From Vicugna vicugna (taxonomy: Eukaryota), in assembly GCA_013265495.1 (NCBI GenBank), contig MU057947.1:506048-570047 (forward strand): a stretch of DNA of 64,000 nt, written 5' to 3'. The position numbers and the translations under genes are program-made. The notes beneath the pieces are model-generated. The model was not told the DNA's origin. It searched no databases and saw only the letters and a list, made by a program, of their open reading frames with translations. This document shows, piece by piece, positions 62,101 to 64,000 of this stretch (its first letter is position 1; every line of letters begins with the position of its first letter).

Positions 62101-64000
62101 TGGGGGCTGGGATTTGGGGGTCTCTGCCGTGGACCCGGGAGTTTCCCCGAAACCTGCATCTGACTCTGCTTGCCTGCAGATTGTTAGGGTAAGAGAGATG
62201 GAGGTTCCGCGCAGCTGACAGAGCCCTCTCTCTGTTTTGCCGGCAGCCGCGCTGCAGCGGGCAGAGAGGACGTCCAGTGCGGGGTGTCACAAGGGTCACG
62301 TCCCAGGGATCCCACTGCATCTGAGCGCTAAGGCTGTGGAGGAACCTTCTCTACAAATTGCTCCATTGTCATGGCTGGCATTCTGGTTAAAAGTTCATCT
62401 GGATTTCAACCTCGCGTGAAATTGCAGAGCTGCGCCTGGAAAGCTCAGCGTCGGTTGAGAACCTTCAGGGAGCTCGTAGACATTTCCGCGAGAATTGAGT
62501 AAAACGTGCTGGGTTCCGTTCACTCAAGTTTGGGGGAGTGCAAAAAATCTAAGCGCCATCACTTTTAGTACCGACTTTTAGTGACGTTCGGAAAGGGGAC
62601 AGAGCAAAAAGAGAAGCATTATCTTTGATGAAGAAGAAAACCTTTGAAGCCTTTTTCAATCAGGAGTCTGAGATTGGCCGTGCTGGTCAGTCAGGCCCTC
62701 TGTCCCCTTATTCTGGGTTTTCCCAGCGGAGGGTGATATGGACCTGTCACCGCTCACTGGCCTCAGCCCTCCCGCGGTGGCAGGGCCCGCGTCTGGACAT
62801 CCGGTCCACAGCCCGCTCCTGTGCTGCCCGAGCCCTGGGTGTGGTTTTCACCTTCTCCAAGGGTTTGTGGGGAATATAGGTGAATGGGAAACAGACTTCC
62901 CATGGCTGGGAAAGCCTAAAGCACTTCCCACCTGGCGCTCAGCCCCCCAGGGTTGAAACGCAAAGACCCAATGGTTGTGCGGTGTTTTTATGTCCGGAGG
63001 TGGTGGGGCCCTGTGTGGGATCAGGGGCTTCACGCGGGGCCATCGAGTGGACAGAGGTGCAGTGGGTGAGGAGGGTCCAGGCGCCAGCTCTTCCTTCGTG
63101 GCTGCTCAGGTGCCACTGCGTGTTCAGGCCCTGCGAACCCGGCGTGGGGAGAGCCCGGGGCCCGCTGCTCGGGCCGGCAGTGGGGGCGCAGGATGCCCGC
63201 AGCTCTGTCCGGAGGCTGCGTGGGTCCCAAAGCCCAGACGGAGGAGCCAGGCCACCCAGGAGGGCACCCCGGCGTGGCCACTCCGTGGCTGTGGCACCTC
63301 GGGCCAGTTTCCATCTGGAAAACGGGGGGACACTGTTTACCTCAGGGAGTGGGTGAGAGCAGCCCTGAGGGCAGGGCTGGGCGGGCCGGTGGCCACCCTC
63401 ACCTGCAGTGATGAGAGTCAAAAACTGCTCTCTGGAGTAAACAGAAATCGGGAAGGATCTAAAACCATAAGCAAGAAGGTAGCATGTGGGCTCCCAAATA
63501 CTCAGCAGTTGGGTCAAGCCATGTTTGGTCCTTCCATTTGGAGTTGCTGGGTGACTTAGTCTGCTCAGGGACTGTGACAAACCAAGCTGGGCAGCTGGGA
63601 CAGGAGACACAGTTCTCAGAGGCCCAGAGGCTGAAAGTCCAGGGTCGAGGGGCAGCCCACTCGGGTCTTGTGTGACACTCTTCCCGGTTTGCAGACGGCT
63701 GCCCTCGGTCCCCACACGTGGTGGGGAGCAGGGAGCAGCAGCAAGCTCTCTGTGTCTCTGCTGAGGGCACCAGTCCCCCTGGAGGGCTCTGCCCACATCA
63801 CCTGTCACCTCCCCAGGGTCGCACCTCTTAGCACCGTCCCTGGGGGGTTAGGATTCAACCTAGGCATTTTGAGGGGACGCAAACATTCAGTTCCTAACGG
63901 GACGTGAGAATATTGATGCCTGGAATCCTTGACCAGTTCTGAGGACCCTCTGGCCAGGAGTTTGTCGCTTCTCAGGGGCTTGGCTGCGCCCACCTTCCCG

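Larger units (their letters stand above)
3750..64000 (+). other. MGMT: MGMT intron 2 (5' part; continues beyond the window)
   Basis: Begins GTGAGT. No MGMT exon 3-like sequence recognised downstream. The human orthologous intron is known to exceed 100 kb. Confidence 0.85.

Noticed and set aside
1..64000. A novel multi-gene system, operon, CRISPR array or prokaryotic/viral insert
   Set aside because: The sequence is mammalian intron throughout. There is no repeat-spacer array, gene-dense segment or recognisable foreign coding region.

Overview
Eukaryotic (mammalian) genomic DNA, GC-rich with AT-rich islands. The only protein-coding sequence I can support is the first coding exon of MGMT (O6-methylguanine-DNA methyltransferase) on the + strand: exon 3613-3749, ATG at 3625. 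The ORF track misses it. Bases 1-3612 are the end of the preceding intron and 3750-64000 are the start of the very large next intron; I found no later MGMT exon. The intron contains ancient repeats (MIR, L2, L1M, MLT1 LTRs, MER58A, a near full-length Charlie1) and three younger 5'-truncated L1 insertions with readable target-site duplications. The L1 3' UTRs look cetartiodactyl-like and I saw no Alu, B1, SINEC, Bov-tA or PRE1 SINEs, so a camelid is my best guess (inference). Repeat family names come from recalled consensus sequences, not a search, and most repeat boundaries are approximate. I do not see a new multi-gene biological system, and almost all listed ORFs look spurious or are L1 remnants. 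The best leads are regulatory: a 32-bp ETS+Sp/KLF minisatellite beside a candidate micro-exon, a candidate 51-nt poison exon, an intronic CpG island with a CRE, several enhancer-like AT-rich islands, local duplications, and signs of GC-biased substitution.
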